The translations under genes were made by a program, and so were the position numbers. Of a stretch of 55,598 nt of DNA, positions 54,614 to 55,598 are shown piece by piece. Positions within the stretch are counted from its first letter, which is position 1, and each line of letters begins with the position of its first letter. Origin of the DNA: a virus (taxonomy: Duplodnaviria; Caudoviricetes); IMG/VR virus record IMGVR_UViG_3300037424_000222, positions 1 to 55,598 of that record; one strand, 5' to 3'. A model generated the notes under the pieces. The model had not been told where the DNA came from. It saw only the letters and a list, made by a program, of their open reading frames with translations, and did not search any database.

Positions 54614-55598
54614 ATGGATAAATATACCCTACTACCAGATGATACAAAGGTAGTAGAAGGAAGGACACTTTACCGTATAAAAGCATTAAGGGGGGTATGC
54701 TCGGGTGTACCTAAGGGTACATTAGGTGGGTACATTGAGTCACTGGCAAACCTATTACAGTATGGGGATGCTTGGGTGTATCGGAATGCTCAGGTGTATG
54801 GGAATGCTCAGGTGTGTGGGAATGCTCGGGTGTATGGGAATACTCAGGTGTATGGGGATGCTCAGGTGGATGGGAATGCTTGGGTGTGTGGGAATGCTCG
54901 GGTGTGTGGGAATGCTCGGGTGTATGGGGATGCTCAGGTGGATGGGAATGCTCAGGTGTGTGGGAATGCTCAGGTGTGTGGGAATGCTTGGGTGTATGAG
55001 GATGCCCAGGTGTATGGGAATGCTCGGGTGTGTGGGAATGCTCAGGTGTGTGGGAATGCTCGGGTGTGTGGGAATGCTCAGGTGTATGGGAGTACTCAGG
55101 TGTATGGGGATGCTCAGGTGTATGGGGATGCTTGGGTGTATGGGAATGCTCGGGTGTATGAGGATGCTTGGGTGTATGAGGATGCCCAGGTGTATGGGAA
55201 TACTCAGGTGTATGGGAATACTCAGGTGTATGAGGATGCTCAGGTGTATGGGAATGCTCGGGTGTATGAGGATGCTCAGGTGTATGGGAATGCTCGGGTG
55301 TATGAGGATGCTTGGGTGTATGAGGATGCTTGGGTGTATGGGAATGCTCAGGTGTATGGGAATGCTCGGGTGTGTGGGAATGCTCAGGTGTATGGGAATG
55401 CTCGGGTGTGTGGGAATGCTCAGGTGTATGGGAATGCTCAGGTGTGTGGGAATGCTTGGGTGTATGAGGATGCCCAGGTGTATGGGAATGCTCGGGTGTG
55501 TGGGAATGCTCAGGTGTATGGGAGTACTCAGGTGTATGGGGATGCTCAGGTGTATGGGGATGCTTGGGTGTATGGGAATGCTCGGGTGTATGAGGATG
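54614..55598 (+). CDS. Hexapeptide-repeat protein, N-terminal part (continues to 413; about 423 aa if the join is correct)
   Basis: AGGAG RBS; MDKYTL...RTLYRIKAL...KG.LGGYIES..NL, followed by V[YC]GNA[QRW] repeats. Confidence 0.8.
   Translation, partial: MDKYTLLPDDTKVVEGRTLYRIKALRGVCSGVPKGTLGGYIESLANLLQYGDAWVYRNAQVYGNAQVCGNARVYGNTQVYGDAQVDGNAWVCGNARVCGNARVYGDAQVDGNAQVCGNAQVCGNAWVYEDAQVYGNARVCGNAQVCGNARVCGNAQVYGSTQVYGDAQVYGDAWVYGNARVYEDAWVYEDAQVYGNTQVYGNTQVYEDAQVYGNARVYEDAQVYGNARVYEDAWVYEDAWVYGNAQVYGNARVCGNAQVYGNARVCGNAQVYGNAQVCGNAWVYEDAQVYGNARVCGNAQVYGSTQVYGDAQVYGDAWVYGNARVYED
54761..55598 (+). repeat. 18-bp coding tandem repeat
   Basis: Contiguous units to the end of the window. Confidence 0.95.

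Noticed and set aside
54761-55598. CRISPR array or DGR in the 18-bp repeats
   Set aside because: Units are contiguous with no unique spacers and encode an in-frame protein; no cas or reverse transcriptase gene was recognised, and variation is not adenine-specific.

Overview
The window appears to be a complete, probably lytic, podovirus-type dsDNA phage genome of about 55.5 kb, assembled as a circle: bases 1-126 equal 55473-55598, and the join falls inside an 18-bp coding tandem repeat. It has two convergent arms, like PaP3/LUZ24- and SIO1/Zobellviridae-type phages. The + arm (about 52.9 kb, through the join, to 24.8 kb) carries early genes, an ATP-grasp/amidoligase/class II glutamine amidotransferase cassette, a T7-like primase-helicase, a split family A DNA polymerase, SSB, exonuclease, resolvase, ThyX-like protein, dUTPase, phosphatases, a class II RNR and a lysozyme-like protein. 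The - arm (51.7 kb to 24.9 kb) carries TerS, two tRNAs, TerL, portal, scaffold, capsid, tail, a holin-like protein and ejection proteins. The arms meet at a bidirectional terminator. No integrase, repressor or RNA polymerase was recognised. The most unusual signals are non-coding: (1) a dispersed TAATTA-N4-TAATTA box, three times fused to a double mini-hairpin with compensatory changes; (2) a complete type III hammerhead ribozyme ahead of the first early gene; (3) a candidate structured RNA at about 13.4 kb; (4) nrdJ interrupted by an HNH intein and a group I intron only 42 nt apart, with a third HNH gene upstream; (5) inverted repeats flanking the late promoter; (6) small genes inserted between duplicated start-codon contexts. 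All product calls come from motif recognition by eye; no database searches were run.
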